64,000 nt of DNA from contig DAHUZP010000017.1 of the NCBI GenBank assembly GCA_027306505.1, positions 47,244-111,243 on the forward strand, read 5' to 3'. Within the stretch, counting starts at the first letter, position 1. The number at the start of each line of letters is the position of its first letter. The DNA comes from Thermoplasmata archaeon. GTDB lineage: Archaea > Thermoplasmatota > Thermoplasmata > Lutacidiplasmatales > UBA184. The translations under genes and the position numbers were made by a program. This document shows positions 53,691 to 62,914 of the stretch, piece after piece. The notes under the pieces were generated by a model, which was not told the origin of the DNA, made no database searches, and saw only the letters and a list, made by a program, of their open reading frames with translations.

Positions 53691-54734
53691 TGCGCAGAAC
53701 TGGCGACTGGCACCGCCCCCTCCGGGGCGTCCCTCCGCCGGAAAGGCTCGCCCCCGAGCAGCTCCCTACCGTTCTTCCCCGCGCGACCCTCGGAGCTCCC
53801 ACGACGGGCCGGACAGGGGCTCACCCACGTCCTCGACCGTCTCGCCCCGATGGACGAGGGGTCGCTCGGCCTCCTCGCTCCATATGTCGACATCGTCAAG
53901 ATCGGTTGGGGCCTCCCTCTCCTCCTACCGCGAGAGACGCTGCGTCGTCGTATCGCGAGCTTCCAGCGGTGGGGCTGGAAGGTGTCCACGGGCGGCACCC
54001 TCCTCGAGCTCGCGATGATCCGCGGCGAGCGCGACCGAGCTCTCGACGAGGCGAAGGCGCTGGGGTTCGACCTCATCGAGGTCAGCGAAGGGGTGATCGA
54101 CCTCACCCACGAGCAGGTGGAATCGGCGGTCGCCTCGGCCCGCTCCCGAGGGTTCGAGGTCCTGATCGAGGTGGGGAAGAAGGACCCGCAGCACCAGTAC
54201 TCGCTGCGCGAGACGCTCGAGCGGGTCTCCCATGCGCGCCGGCTCCGGCCGCTCAAGGTCATCCTGGAGAGCCGCGAGAGCGGTCGCGCGGTGGGCATCT
54301 ACGATCCCGACGGGGCGATCAAGTGGGAGTGGGTGCACGCGCTCGTGGCCTCCCATCCTCCCGAGGACCTCCTCTTCGAGGCCCCGCTGGAGAGCCAGCA
54401 GCTGGGGCTCCTCGTCGACCTGGGCTGCGAGGTGAACCTCGGGAACGTCGCTTTCGACTCCGTCGCCCCTCTCGCCTCGCAGCGGCTCGGCCTTCGAGGG
54501 GACACCTTCGGGCTCTCTCGCCGACACCGGGCGGTCTCGGGGTCCCCTGCGGCGAAGTTCGTCTACTATCTGCTCGAGAACCACCGGGAGCTCGACCAGG
54601 GGGACCTCGTCCGCCTCTCGCGGCTCCCCCGGCGGACCGTCCAGAGCTCGCTCGAGGAGCTCAAGCGCCAGGGCCACGTCCAAGAGACGGTGAGCTTCAC
54701 GGACGCCCGACGACGCGAGTACCGCCTCACGTAG
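53688..54734 (+). CDS. comA: Phosphosulfolactate synthase (ComA) homolog fused to a C-terminal winged-helix domain
   Basis: ...PRRAGQGLTHVLDRL...YVDIVKIGWG... matches the ComA N-terminal signature. Last ~70 aa (...KFVYYLLENHRELDQGDLVRLSRLPRRTVQSSLEELKRQGHV...) look like a MarR/wHTH. Confidence 0.65.
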   Translation: MCAELATGTAPSGASLRRKGSPPSSSLPFFPARPSELPRRAGQGLTHVLDRLAPMDEGSLGLLAPYVDIVKIGWGLPLLLPRETLRRRIASFQRWGWKVSTGGTLLELAMIRGERDRALDEAKALGFDLIEVSEGVIDLTHEQVESAVASARSRGFEVLIEVGKKDPQHQYSLRETLERVSHARRLRPLKVILESRESGRAVGIYDPDGAIKWEWVHALVASHPPEDLLFEAPLESQQLGLLVDLGCEVNLGNVAFDSVAPLASQRLGLRGDTFGLSRRHRAVSGSPAAKFVYYLLENHRELDQGDLVRLSRLPRRTVQSSLEELKRQGHVQETVSFTDARRREYRLT

Positions 54735-54775
54735 TGCGAAAGGCCCGGCGGAGAGGGCCCCGCCCGGTGTGGGGC

Positions 54776-56008
54776 CTAGCCCAGGCCGATCTCGCGCTCC
54801 ACTGCGTGGGCGGCCTCTTCGGCCCGCTTCCGGGCCTCCTCGACGTTGGAGCCCTGGGCGAGCGCGATGCCCATCCGGCGCTCCGGGTAGGCCGAGGGCT
54901 TGCCGAAGAGGTGCACGCGCACCCCCGGGATCCGGTTCGCTTCCCACAGGCCGCCGAACCGAGGGCCCCAGCCCTCGCGCGGGGCGAGGATCACATGGGC
55001 GGCCCCGGGGCTCACCAGCGAGATCGACGGCACGGGGAAGCCGAGGATCGCCCTCGCGTGGAGAGCGAACTCGCTCTGCCATTGCGTCGCGAGCGTCACG
55101 AGCCCCGTGTCGTGCGGCCGGGGAGAGATCTCCGAGAAGAGCACCTCCTCCCCGCGGATGAACTGCTCGCACCCGAAGAGGCCTATCCCTCCCAGGTGGT
55201 CGGTGACGGCCTTGGCCGTCGCCTCCGCCCGGGCGACCACTTCGGGGGAGAGCCCAGCGGGCTGCCAGCTCTCGTGATAGTGCGTTCCAGGACGCACGTG
55301 CGCGATGGGGGGACAGAAGCTCGTCGCGACCTGCCCGTGCCGGTCGTAGTGGCGCAGCGTGAGCAGCGTGATCTCCTGGTCGAAGCGGATGAACTCCTCG
55401 ACCATCACCCGGGGATTGACGACGCGTCCTTGCTCCCGAGCCCGGCGGTAGGCCTCCTCCGCTTCCTCCGCCTTGTGCACCACCGTGCTCCCGAGCCCCG
55501 AGCTCGACATCATGGCCTTGAAGACGCACGGGAGCCCGAGGTCTTCGACCGCCCGACGCGCCTCCTCCGGGGACTCCACGAAGGCGTACCGGCTGGTGCG
55601 CACCCCGGCCTTCTCCGCCGCGAGACGACGGATCCGCTCCCGGTCCATGGTCACGAGCGTCGCCTCCGCGCGAGGGACCACCGTCCATCCCTCCTGCTCC
55701 AGCGCGAGGAGCTCCTGCGTGTCAATCTGCTCGATCTCGGGGACGATCAGGTCCGGGGCCTCCCGCTCGACGAGGGCCCGAAGGGCCTTCCCGTCGGTCA
55801 TGGCGGTCACGTGGTGGCGGTGGGCGACCTGCATCGCGGGGGCGTTCGCGTAGCGGTCGACGGCGACCACCTCCGCACCCATCCGGATTGCTTCCAGAGC
55901 GATCTCCCGCCCGATCTCGCCGCTCCCTAGGAGCATCAGCCTAGTGGACCCTGGGAAGAGCGGGGTCCCCAGTTCCTTCCTCGGACGGATACCGGAGGTG
56001 CGCGGCAC
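54776..56008 (-). CDS. purT: Formate-dependent phosphoribosylglycinamide formyltransferase PurT
   Basis: High colinearity with E. coli PurT, including the N-terminal ...LGT.L.P..TR.MLLGSGE.G.E... and ...SPRPHDTG.VT.... Non-ATG start likely. Confidence 0.85.
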   Translation of the reverse strand: MPRTSGIRPRKELGTPLFPGSTRLMLLGSGEIGREIALEAIRMGAEVVAVDRYANAPAMQVAHRHHVTAMTDGKALRALVEREAPDLIVPEIEQIDTQELLALEQEGWTVVPRAEATLVTMDRERIRRLAAEKAGVRTSRYAFVESPEEARRAVEDLGLPCVFKAMMSSSGLGSTVVHKAEEAEEAYRRAREQGRVVNPRVMVEEFIRFDQEITLLTLRHYDRHGQVATSFCPPIAHVRPGTHYHESWQPAGLSPEVVARAEATAKAVTDHLGGIGLFGCEQFIRGEEVLFSEISPRPHDTGLVTLATQWQSEFALHARAILGFPVPSISLVSPGAAHVILAPREGWGPRFGGLWEANRIPGVRVHLFGKPSAYPERRMGIALAQGSNVEEARKRAEEAAHAVEREIGLG

Positions 56009-56141
56009 GAGCGAGTGGAGGACCCTGGAGCTTTCAATCTTGAGGCCCCGCGCGTCGTGGCCTCGCGGGCCGGAGGGCGGGTGCTCCCCCTCGCTTGGGC
56101 GGACGGGGCGAGGCCCTCCCTCAATCCGCCCCGGGGTGGGC

Positions 56142-59100
56142 CTACCTCGACCCGGGCGGGGGCCCTCCGGGACCGTACCGGGACCCGAACGGATCCGGGG
56201 CGACCTCGTCCGTCGCCCTCGGGGCGGGGCCGGCCGAACTCGCGGGTAGGGGCGCGCTCGGCGCTAGTGGCGAGGGTTCCCAGCCGGCAGGGGCCCCTGT
56301 GGCTCCGGGGCCGGGGTCTCCCACGGCGCCGGACCGTCTCCTCAAGAGCACGAGGGCGAGGGCGACACCGACCACCGCGACGACCCCCAGGAGGATCCAC
56401 CAGAGGTCAGGACCGATCCCTGCCGACGTGGACGCGGGAGCGCTCGTGGCGGCACCCACCGAGACCGTGAAGCTCGTCCTGCCCTGCGCCCCCTGGGAGT
56501 CGTTGACGAAGAGGACCACGGTGTAGTTGCCCACCGCCGAGTAGGCGTGGGTGGGGGCGGCGAGGGAGCTCAGGGAGCCGTCCCCGAAGTGCCAGGAGTA
56601 GATGTAGCTCCCGGAGCCTCCCTGCACGTTCGCGGTGAAGTCGATGGTGGCGCCCGCGGTGGCGGGGTTGGGGGTAGCCTGCGCGTTGACGCTCAGCACG
56701 CCGCTGGGGGCACCCACCACGATGGTGGTGGACGCCTGCGCGGTGGCGCCCGTCGAGTCCGTGACCGTGAGCGAGACGGTGAAGCTCCCGGCGCTGGAGT
56801 AGGTGTGCGAGGGGTCCTGGAGCGTGCTCGTGCTCTGGTCCCCGAAGGACCAGGCCCAGGTATAGCCGGGGGACCCTCCCTGGGCCGACCCGGTGAAGGT
56901 GACCTGGAGCGGAGCCGTCCCTGTGGCGGGGTTCACGGCGATGGCGGCGGAGAGCGTGGAGACCGTGCTCACCGTGATCGACGCGGAGGTCGTGCTAGCG
57001 GTGCCTCCGTTCGAGTCCGTCACCGCGATCGTCGCGGTGTAGGTGCCGGGGGCAGTGGGCGTGCAGCTCACGGAGAGCGCGTTCGCGCCGGTGCACCCGA
57101 GCGCCGGAGCGGAGAAGGTCCACAGGTAGGAGTCGCCGCCCGAGCCCGGTGAGGTGAGCTGGGAGGCGAGCGCGAAGGCCTTCCCGACGGTGGGGGCGGT
57201 GCTGCTGGGCGAAGGGGCTGAGACGCTGGGGAGGGCGTAGACCTGGAAGGCGCTGCTCGAGGCGGAGGCCGTCGCTCCCTGGGCATCGGTGACCTTGAGC
57301 GTGAGGGTGTAGCTGCCGGCGGCGGTCGGCACGCAGCTCACCGGGTATGCCCCCGAGGAGGGGCATCCGAGCCCTGTCGCCGGGGCGGTGGTCCAGCTGT
57401 ACGTGTAGGGGGTCGTGCCCCCGGTCACCGAGGCGGACCAGCTCACGGACTGGCCCACGTCCACGCTACCGGCAGGCGTCGGGGTGGGGGCGCTCACGGT
57501 GGGGACCCCCGCGGTCACTTGCACGGAGGCGGAGGTGTTGCTCCCGGTCCCACCGTTGGAGTCCTTCACCGTCGCGGTCGCCGTGTAACCACCTGCTGCG
57601 GTGGGCGTGCAGGTGTAGGTGGTCGATGTGCTGGCGGTGCAGCCGGCGGTGGAGGAGGGCGAAGCGGACCAGGTGTACGTGTCACCCCCGGAGCCCGGAA
57701 GCCCGGTCTGGGTGGTGAACGTGACGCTCTGGCCCAGCGATATCGAGGTAGAGGAGGGGGAGGGGATCGACGTGGTAGGGTCCGGGTAGACCGGAAGAGC
57801 GGCGGAGGTCGCCGAGGCCGTGAGCCCCCCGCTGTCGGTCACCGTGACCTGGACCGTGTAGCTCCCCGAGGCGGAAGCGGTGCACGTGGTGGACGGGGTC
57901 GTCGTGGCGGCCGTGCAGGCGAGGCCGCTCGCGGGGCTCGCGGTCCAGGCGTAGCCGGTGTAGGTACCCGAGCCGCCGGTGGCGGTCGTGCTGAAGGAGA
58001 CCGTCTGTCCCACGTCCACCGAGGTCGCGGAGGCGGTGGGAGCGCTCACCGACAGGCCCCCTCCCGAGGTGCAGGGGGCGGAGGTGCTCACATTGAGCGT
58101 CGCCGCGGCCGTGATCGTGCACATGCCCATGTCCACGCTGGTGGTCGAGTTGTCCCAGACGTGGTAGGTCCCGGGAACGAGGGTGAGCGTCGCGTCGCCG
58201 TTCGTGTAGCCCCAGTCCTGGTGTCCCACGGCGACGCGCCCGGTCGTCGTCCCAGGGGCCCACAACTGCAGCGTGCCCACCTGCCCCAACGTGTAGGTGG
58301 GGTTCTCGAAGGCCTCGCGCGTGGTGCCGTTCATCTGGACGGAGAAGGGGGTGCCGGAGCCGTCGTTGGAGAAGACAGACTGGTCGGAGGAGATCGCCTC
58401 CGCGGTGTCATCGCCCGCGTTCCACGACGCGGGCACGGCCTGGTAGTTGTGACCGTTCCAGAAGTCGAGGCTGGTCTGGATGTTGGTGGGGCCCGCGTTG
58501 GTGGTGGAGGCCCCTCCGCCGGGCCCTCCGATGGTGAGCTCCGCGTTCTCAAAGAGCCCGGTCGGGTTCATGCTGAAGCCGTCGACGAAGAAGCCGCGGA
58601 ACGTGCTGACGCGCTTCGCGAAGGTGAAGGTCACGGTGTCGTAGCAGCTGAGGACGGTCTTCGCGTCCGCGTAGCAGAAGCGGACCACCGGCTCCCCGTT
58701 CGCGTTGAGGAAGGTCCGGACCTCGACCTGGAAGTAGCTCGGGCCCGTGAGCGTGTCGCAAACCCCGCTCTTCCCTCCGGCGCAGCCTGAGTTCGCGGAG
58801 GCGGGCCAGATGTACACCCCTCCGGAAAGCGACCCGTTGCCGGAGAGGGTGCTCGACGCGACGTTGCAGGTCGAGGTGGTGCAGCTGAAGTTCCAGATGT
58901 TGTCGGCGTAGCTCATCTGCAGGACGTTCGGGGTGGAGTCCACCGGTACGGGGACGTCCTGGATCCAGTAGGAGTAGTTCTTCCCCCCGTTGATGAAATT
59001 AAGGACCACGTTCAGTTGGACCGAGAAGCTAGCCCCGGAGCCGGAACTGTCGATGTAGGCCTGGGTCCAGGAGAAGTTGCCGAGGAACCGGGTGGTCCCG

Positions 59101-59456
59101 TAGGCGTAGGGCGTGGGGTGTCCGTAGCCCGACACCCCGTAGTCCGCGATCCCCATCGGGGCCGGCTCGGAGGGGTAGCCGCATCCCGGGACCACGGGGG
59201 TGGTCGTGCAGTTCCCGATCGCGGAGACGATACGGGGCGGGAAGAGCGGGGCGTGCGAGCTGGAAGGGCTACCGGTCGTGGCGGGGGGAGCTGGAGCCGC
59301 AGAGGGTCCGACCGGGGCCGGGAGCCCGGGGCCGCCCACGAGGGTCGAAGCGTACACGACGCCCGCGGTCGCTCCGGAGAGGACCATCACCAGCACGGAG
59401 AGCCAGAGGAGCGTTCGGCGCTGGGAGCCAGCGGCGGTTCGGGCGGGGCCGACCAT
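56142..59456 (-). CDS. Large PKD-domain surface (S-layer-like) glycoprotein with C-terminal TM anchor
   Basis: Signal peptide. Many N-x-S/T sites. At least 5 PKD-like repeats (...YTYSWT..., ...WAWSFGDQST..., ...YSWHFGDGS...). C-terminal LWWILLGVVAVVGVALALVLL anchor followed by a basic tail. Confidence 0.75.
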   Translation of the reverse strand: MVGPARTAAGSQRRTLLWLSVLVMVLSGATAGVVYASTLVGGPGLPAPVGPSAAPAPPATTGSPSSSHAPLFPPRIVSAIGNCTTTPVVPGCGYPSEPAPMGIADYGVSGYGHPTPYAYGTTRFLGNFSWTQAYIDSSGSGASFSVQLNVVLNFINGGKNYSYWIQDVPVPVDSTPNVLQMSYADNIWNFSCTTSTCNVASSTLSGNGSLSGGVYIWPASANSGCAGGKSGVCDTLTGPSYFQVEVRTFLNANGEPVVRFCYADAKTVLSCYDTVTFTFAKRVSTFRGFFVDGFSMNPTGLFENAELTIGGPGGGASTTNAGPTNIQTSLDFWNGHNYQAVPASWNAGDDTAEAISSDQSVFSNDGSGTPFSVQMNGTTREAFENPTYTLGQVGTLQLWAPGTTTGRVAVGHQDWGYTNGDATLTLVPGTYHVWDNSTTSVDMGMCTITAAATLNVSTSAPCTSGGGLSVSAPTASATSVDVGQTVSFSTTATGGSGTYTGYAWTASPASGLACTAATTTPSTTCTASASGSYTVQVTVTDSGGLTASATSAALPVYPDPTTSIPSPSSTSISLGQSVTFTTQTGLPGSGGDTYTWSASPSSTAGCTASTSTTYTCTPTAAGGYTATATVKDSNGGTGSNTSASVQVTAGVPTVSAPTPTPAGSVDVGQSVSWSASVTGGTTPYTYSWTTAPATGLGCPSSGAYPVSCVPTAAGSYTLTLKVTDAQGATASASSSAFQVYALPSVSAPSPSSTAPTVGKAFALASQLTSPGSGGDSYLWTFSAPALGCTGANALSVSCTPTAPGTYTATIAVTDSNGGTASTTSASITVSTVSTLSAAIAVNPATGTAPLQVTFTGSAQGGSPGYTWAWSFGDQSTSTLQDPSHTYSSAGSFTVSLTVTDSTGATAQASTTIVVGAPSGVLSVNAQATPNPATAGATIDFTANVQGGSGSYIYSWHFGDGSLSSLAAPTHAYSAVGNYTVVLFVNDSQGAQGRTSFTVSVGAATSAPASTSAGIGPDLWWILLGVVAVVGVALALVLLRRRSGAVGDPGPGATGAPAGWEPSPLAPSAPLPASSAGPAPRATDEVAPDPFGSRYGPGGPPPGSR

Positions 59457-59650
59457 GGTACACCAAAGCACGCGTGTGCTCCTGCCTCATACGTTTGGCG
59501 GTCCGGTGAACGCGCGCCGTCCCCCGAGGAGGAACGGGCGCCCCGCTAGCTGCTCTCGAAGGGACGGGACCCCTTCCAGGTGCGGGGGCGGCCTGCCCGT
59601 TCGGGAACCGCCTCCAGACCCTCGGCAGGGCTCCCCGTCGTGTCCACGAC

Positions 59651-60283
59651 GTGGATATGGTCGGGGTGCCTCTGGGCGGCACCTTGACGGCCACCCTGAT
59701 CCTCAACGTCGGGGGACTTTCCCTTCTCACCGAGGCGCTCGTCGTGGTCTGGATCGCTTCCGAGGTGGGGGTCCGTCTTTACGCACGGGCCCTCGGTGCC
59801 CCCTCGAGGGTGCCGCACGGGCCGGACCGCGGCTCCTGGGCCGTGCTCTCCTTGAGCGTCATCGTCTCCATCGTCGTCAGCCTCTGGGACCACACGGCCC
59901 CCCTGGGGGGTCCGCTCCCGCTCTGGGCCCTCGCGGTCGGGCAGCTTGCGATGCTCCTCGGGATCTCGGTGCGGAGCTGGGCGCTTCTCGTCCTCGGCCG
60001 CTTCTTCACGACGCGCGTCAGCTTCCAGGAAGGTCATCGCCTCGTGACGGGCGGGCCGTACCGATGGGTGCGCCATCCATCCTACACAGGGGCCCTGCTC
60101 TCGCTCCTGGGGTTCCCTCTCGCCTGTGGAAGCCTGCTCGGACTCGTGGTGGCCCTGGTGGTCGTTCCGGGGGCCTTCGTCTACCGTATCCATGTCGAAG
60201 AGCAGGCGCTGCGAGAAGGCTTCGGACCGGCCTACGAACAGTACTCCTCGCGGACATATCGTCTCGTGCCGGGGCTCTACTGA
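59651..60283 (+). CDS. ICMT/PEMT-family membrane methyltransferase
   Basis: ...HRLVTGGPYRWVRHPSYTGALLSLLG... is the isoprenylcysteine carboxyl methyltransferase / phospholipid methyltransferase motif. 5-6 TM. Confidence 0.75.
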   Translation: MDMVGVPLGGTLTATLILNVGGLSLLTEALVVVWIASEVGVRLYARALGAPSRVPHGPDRGSWAVLSLSVIVSIVVSLWDHTAPLGGPLPLWALAVGQLAMLLGISVRSWALLVLGRFFTTRVSFQEGHRLVTGGPYRWVRHPSYTGALLSLLGFPLACGSLLGLVVALVVVPGAFVYRIHVEEQALREGFGPAYEQYSSRTYRLVPGLY

Positions 60284-60379
60284 GGGACCGGCGAGCCCTC
60301 GGAGCGACCGCCGCTTCCAGGCAGGACCTTGCTGCCCCGGGAGGGCCGCACGGGGAGCGGTGGACCCTGCCGGGTGGGC

Positions 60380-61447
60380 TCAGGCCCCGGTGGACCTCCA
60401 GGGGAAGCGAAGCACGGCGCCCATCCCGCCCAGCCCCAACAGGCGGCGACCGGCCTCCCCATCCCCGCGGACCACGAGCAGAGGGGTCTTCGCCTCTCGG
60501 GCGGCGTCCAGAAGCGGGACCGTCGCGGGGTCCCTCAGCCGGGCGTCGAGGACGAGCAGGGTCTCGACCGCCCCCGCCTCCACCGCGCCCTTGAGCTCCG
60601 TCACTCCGACCGCCGCCCCCCCTTCCTTCCCGAGCGCCCGCACGAGCCGCTCGACCTCGACGGCCTCGCGCGCGGCCATGCTGGAAGCGAGGGCCTCCTC
60701 CGCCTTGCCGGAGCGGAGCAGCTCGTGCACGCCGGGCATCCCGGCCTCGGCGGTGGGGACCACGGTCACCCGTGCCTTCGGAGGGGGCGAGGAGGCGGCC
60801 AGGCCCTTCGCGAGCTCTTCCTTGAAGAAGCCGGGTCCGCAGACCACGATCGCCTGGGAGCGTCCCACTTCAGGCGCGATCACCTGGAGGACCTCTTCGA
60901 GGAAACTGGCGCGGTCCTTCTCCCGCGCCGAGGAGCGGACTCGGTCGTACTTTCCCGAGCCGGTCCGGGTGCGCTCGTCGACCACGCTCAGAGAGCGCCC
61001 CCTGAGCCGCACGATGGCGGCGTCGCTCCAGTCGACACAGGCGACCAGCACCTGGGGCTCGTCCTTGGCGAGCCTGCCTTCCTCGACCAGGGCCTTGTCC
61101 GACGCGGTGATCGCGCTCTTGGTGAGGGCGACCTCAACGCCCTCCTCCAGGTCGAGGGTGTGGTAGCGTCCCTGGTCGAAGGGCCCCTCGAGGATGGGGC
61201 CGGTCACCCGGACATGGCCGGTGAACTCGTGGAACTCGATGTTCTCGGCCCGGACCGTGAGGAAGACCGTTCGCCGGTCGCGTTGACCCGCGGGGGTGTC
61301 GCTCGGGGCTTCCGGGTCCCGTCGGGTCGTGAGCGCCCCCACCTGGTCCCCGGGGAGGACCAGCCGGGAGAGCCTCCAGAGGTCGCTCGGGGTCTCGAGC
61401 CGCAGCCGGACCAGCCCTGTGTGGAGGTCCTGGAAGAGCACCCTCAT
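60380..61447 (-). CDS. pelA: Protein Pelota (Dom34 homolog; mRNA surveillance)
   Basis: 355 aa. N-terminal ...LHTGLVRLRLETPSDLWRLSRLVLPGD... and central/eRF1-like domains colinear with archaeal Pelota. Confidence 0.8.
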   Translation of the reverse strand: MRVLFQDLHTGLVRLRLETPSDLWRLSRLVLPGDQVGALTTRRDPEAPSDTPAGQRDRRTVFLTVRAENIEFHEFTGHVRVTGPILEGPFDQGRYHTLDLEEGVEVALTKSAITASDKALVEEGRLAKDEPQVLVACVDWSDAAIVRLRGRSLSVVDERTRTGSGKYDRVRSSAREKDRASFLEEVLQVIAPEVGRSQAIVVCGPGFFKEELAKGLAASSPPPKARVTVVPTAEAGMPGVHELLRSGKAEEALASSMAAREAVEVERLVRALGKEGGAAVGVTELKGAVEAGAVETLLVLDARLRDPATVPLLDAAREAKTPLLVVRGDGEAGRRLLGLGGMGAVLRFPWRSTGA

Positions 61448-62232
61448 TTCGACGGGCCCGTCCCTCCTCCCTGGGCCCGGCGAGGACGGGGTCGTCCGGC
61501 AAGCTCGGCATCCGACGCCGGAAGATAGCGCTCCACCTGGCCCGCGAGGGAGCGGTCACGGAGGGCGTGTGTGGCCTCCGGTTCCCGGTCCGGGAGGAGC
61601 CAGAACGGTGGTAGGCGGACGAGCACCCAGTTCGCGAGCTCGTCCGCCCCCCGGGCGTACTGGAGGTAGCTCTGGAACCATGACAGACAACGAGCGGTGA
61701 GCTCGCGCCAGGTCGTCAGAGCCTCCGGCTGGAAGGGGAAAGGGTCTCGAGAGCGGGGGTGAAGCAGGAGCAGCGGGACCGAGAAGAGGCGAGAGATGGG
61801 GTCGCGCACTCCTTCGGGCACTCGGGGGGTGGACGGGTCGAGGCCCCAGGCCTGCCGGATCAGCCGATAGGCGGGGTCCAGGACGGCCCCCTCGGGAGCG
61901 GGGCCGACGGTGAGGAGCGCCCAGATGGGCAGGGCCTCTCGCGCAAAGCTCGCTCCCGGGCCCTGGACCGGATGCCGTAGTCCTGGCAGGTGGAAGGGAC
62001 CTTGAGCGACGGGTGCGCTTCGAGGGGCTCCCCGGACGGCAAGAGCCGGGCGCGGGGAGCGCGAGGGCCGGGAGGGCCGGGAGGGCCGGGAGGTGGTGGG
62101 CTGGCGCCGGACCGAGGGGGCGACCGACCGCAGGAGCCGGGCCCGTTCACGCTCGGTCACCGGGGCGCCATCGAGGTGACGGAGCGCGAGCTTGAGCGCG
62201 GGCTCCAAGGGCTTGGAACGTGCGTCGGGCAC
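61444..62232 (-). CDS. Hypothetical protein
   Basis: 262-aa ORF whose stop overlaps the pelota start. The N-terminal third is R/P/S low-complexity; the C-terminal half has normal composition. Confidence 0.3.
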   Translation of the reverse strand: MPDARSKPLEPALKLALRHLDGAPVTERERARLLRSVAPSVRRQPTTSRPSRPSRPSRSPRPALAVRGAPRSAPVAQGPFHLPGLRHPVQGPGASFAREALPIWALLTVGPAPEGAVLDPAYRLIRQAWGLDPSTPRVPEGVRDPISRLFSVPLLLLHPRSRDPFPFQPEALTTWRELTARCLSWFQSYLQYARGADELANWVLVRLPPFWLLPDREPEATHALRDRSLAGQVERYLPASDAELAGRPRPRRAQGGGTGPSK

Positions 62233-62297
62233 TGGACCGCCTCCGCTCTGGGAGCGTTCCCCCTCTTAGGGGATTGGTGCGATGGAACATGGACCGT

Positions 62298-62320
62298 TTC
62301 GTACGAAATCGATATATCGA
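62298..62320 (+). promoter_or_regulatory. Tandem palindromes TTCGTACGAA and TCGATATATCGA (with embedded TATA) upstream of padR
   Basis: Perfect 10-bp and 12-bp palindromes 30-50 nt upstream of the PadR ATG. Likely an autoregulatory operator overlapping the promoter. Confidence 0.5.
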
Positions 62321-62350
62321 CATCGATAGGTCCCCGCCACCGGTCTGCCC

Positions 62351-62914
62351 ATGATGCCCCACGATCCTGCCCGCCCGGAACGCATGCGACGTGGCACCGT
62401 CGGGATGTACGCCCTCACCCTCATGGAGAAGGAGGGGGCCGTCCACGGCTACCGCGTGGCGGAGCGGATCGCGGAGCGGACCGAGGGTACCTGGCGCCCC
62501 GGCCCCGGGGCCGTCTACCCCGCGCTCCAGCGCCTCACCGAGCGCGGTCTCGCCCGGAGGAAGGCCCACTCGCTCTCGCGTCGCCGCGAGTTCGAGATCA
62601 CTCCCAGGGGGCGGGCGGTCCTCGACCGGGTCCGAGCCTTCCGGGGGCTCAACCGGGCACGGGCTCCCGACCTTGCCGCCTTGTGGGCAGAGATCGCGGG
62701 GGTGGGGGAGATCGAAGACCTCCTGTTGCTTCGCCTCCAGAGGAGCCTGGGCGGTCTCGAGCGCTTCCTCTCTCAGCCAGGCATCCCTCGCGAGCGGCGC
62801 CAGCGGGCGAAGCTCCTCTTCGGTGGGGAGCTCCACCGGTTCCTGAGCAACCTCCCCGAGCTGGGGGAGGCCCCGCGGCGCGCCCGTCGCGGCCCATCTC
62901 CTAGGGACCTATGA
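62351..62914 (+). CDS. PadR-family transcriptional regulator
   Basis: ...MYALTLMEKEGAVHGYRVAERI...GPGAVYPALQRLTERGL... is the PadR wHTH signature. Confidence 0.8.
   Translation: MMPHDPARPERMRRGTVGMYALTLMEKEGAVHGYRVAERIAERTEGTWRPGPGAVYPALQRLTERGLARRKAHSLSRRREFEITPRGRAVLDRVRAFRGLNRARAPDLAALWAEIAGVGEIEDLLLLRLQRSLGGLERFLSQPGIPRERRQRAKLLFGGELHRFLSNLPELGEAPRRARRGPSPRDL

Noticed and set aside
52793-55930. 669-aa minus and 753-aa plus ORFs spanning cysH, comA and purT
   Set aside because: Out-of-frame reads across three independently supported genes on mixed strands.
55936-55936. Internal Met (MLLGSGE) as purT start
   Set aside because: The 24 upstream codons (ELGTPLFPGSTR) align with the conserved N-terminal extension of E. 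coli PurT, so the longer non-ATG start at 56008 is preferred.
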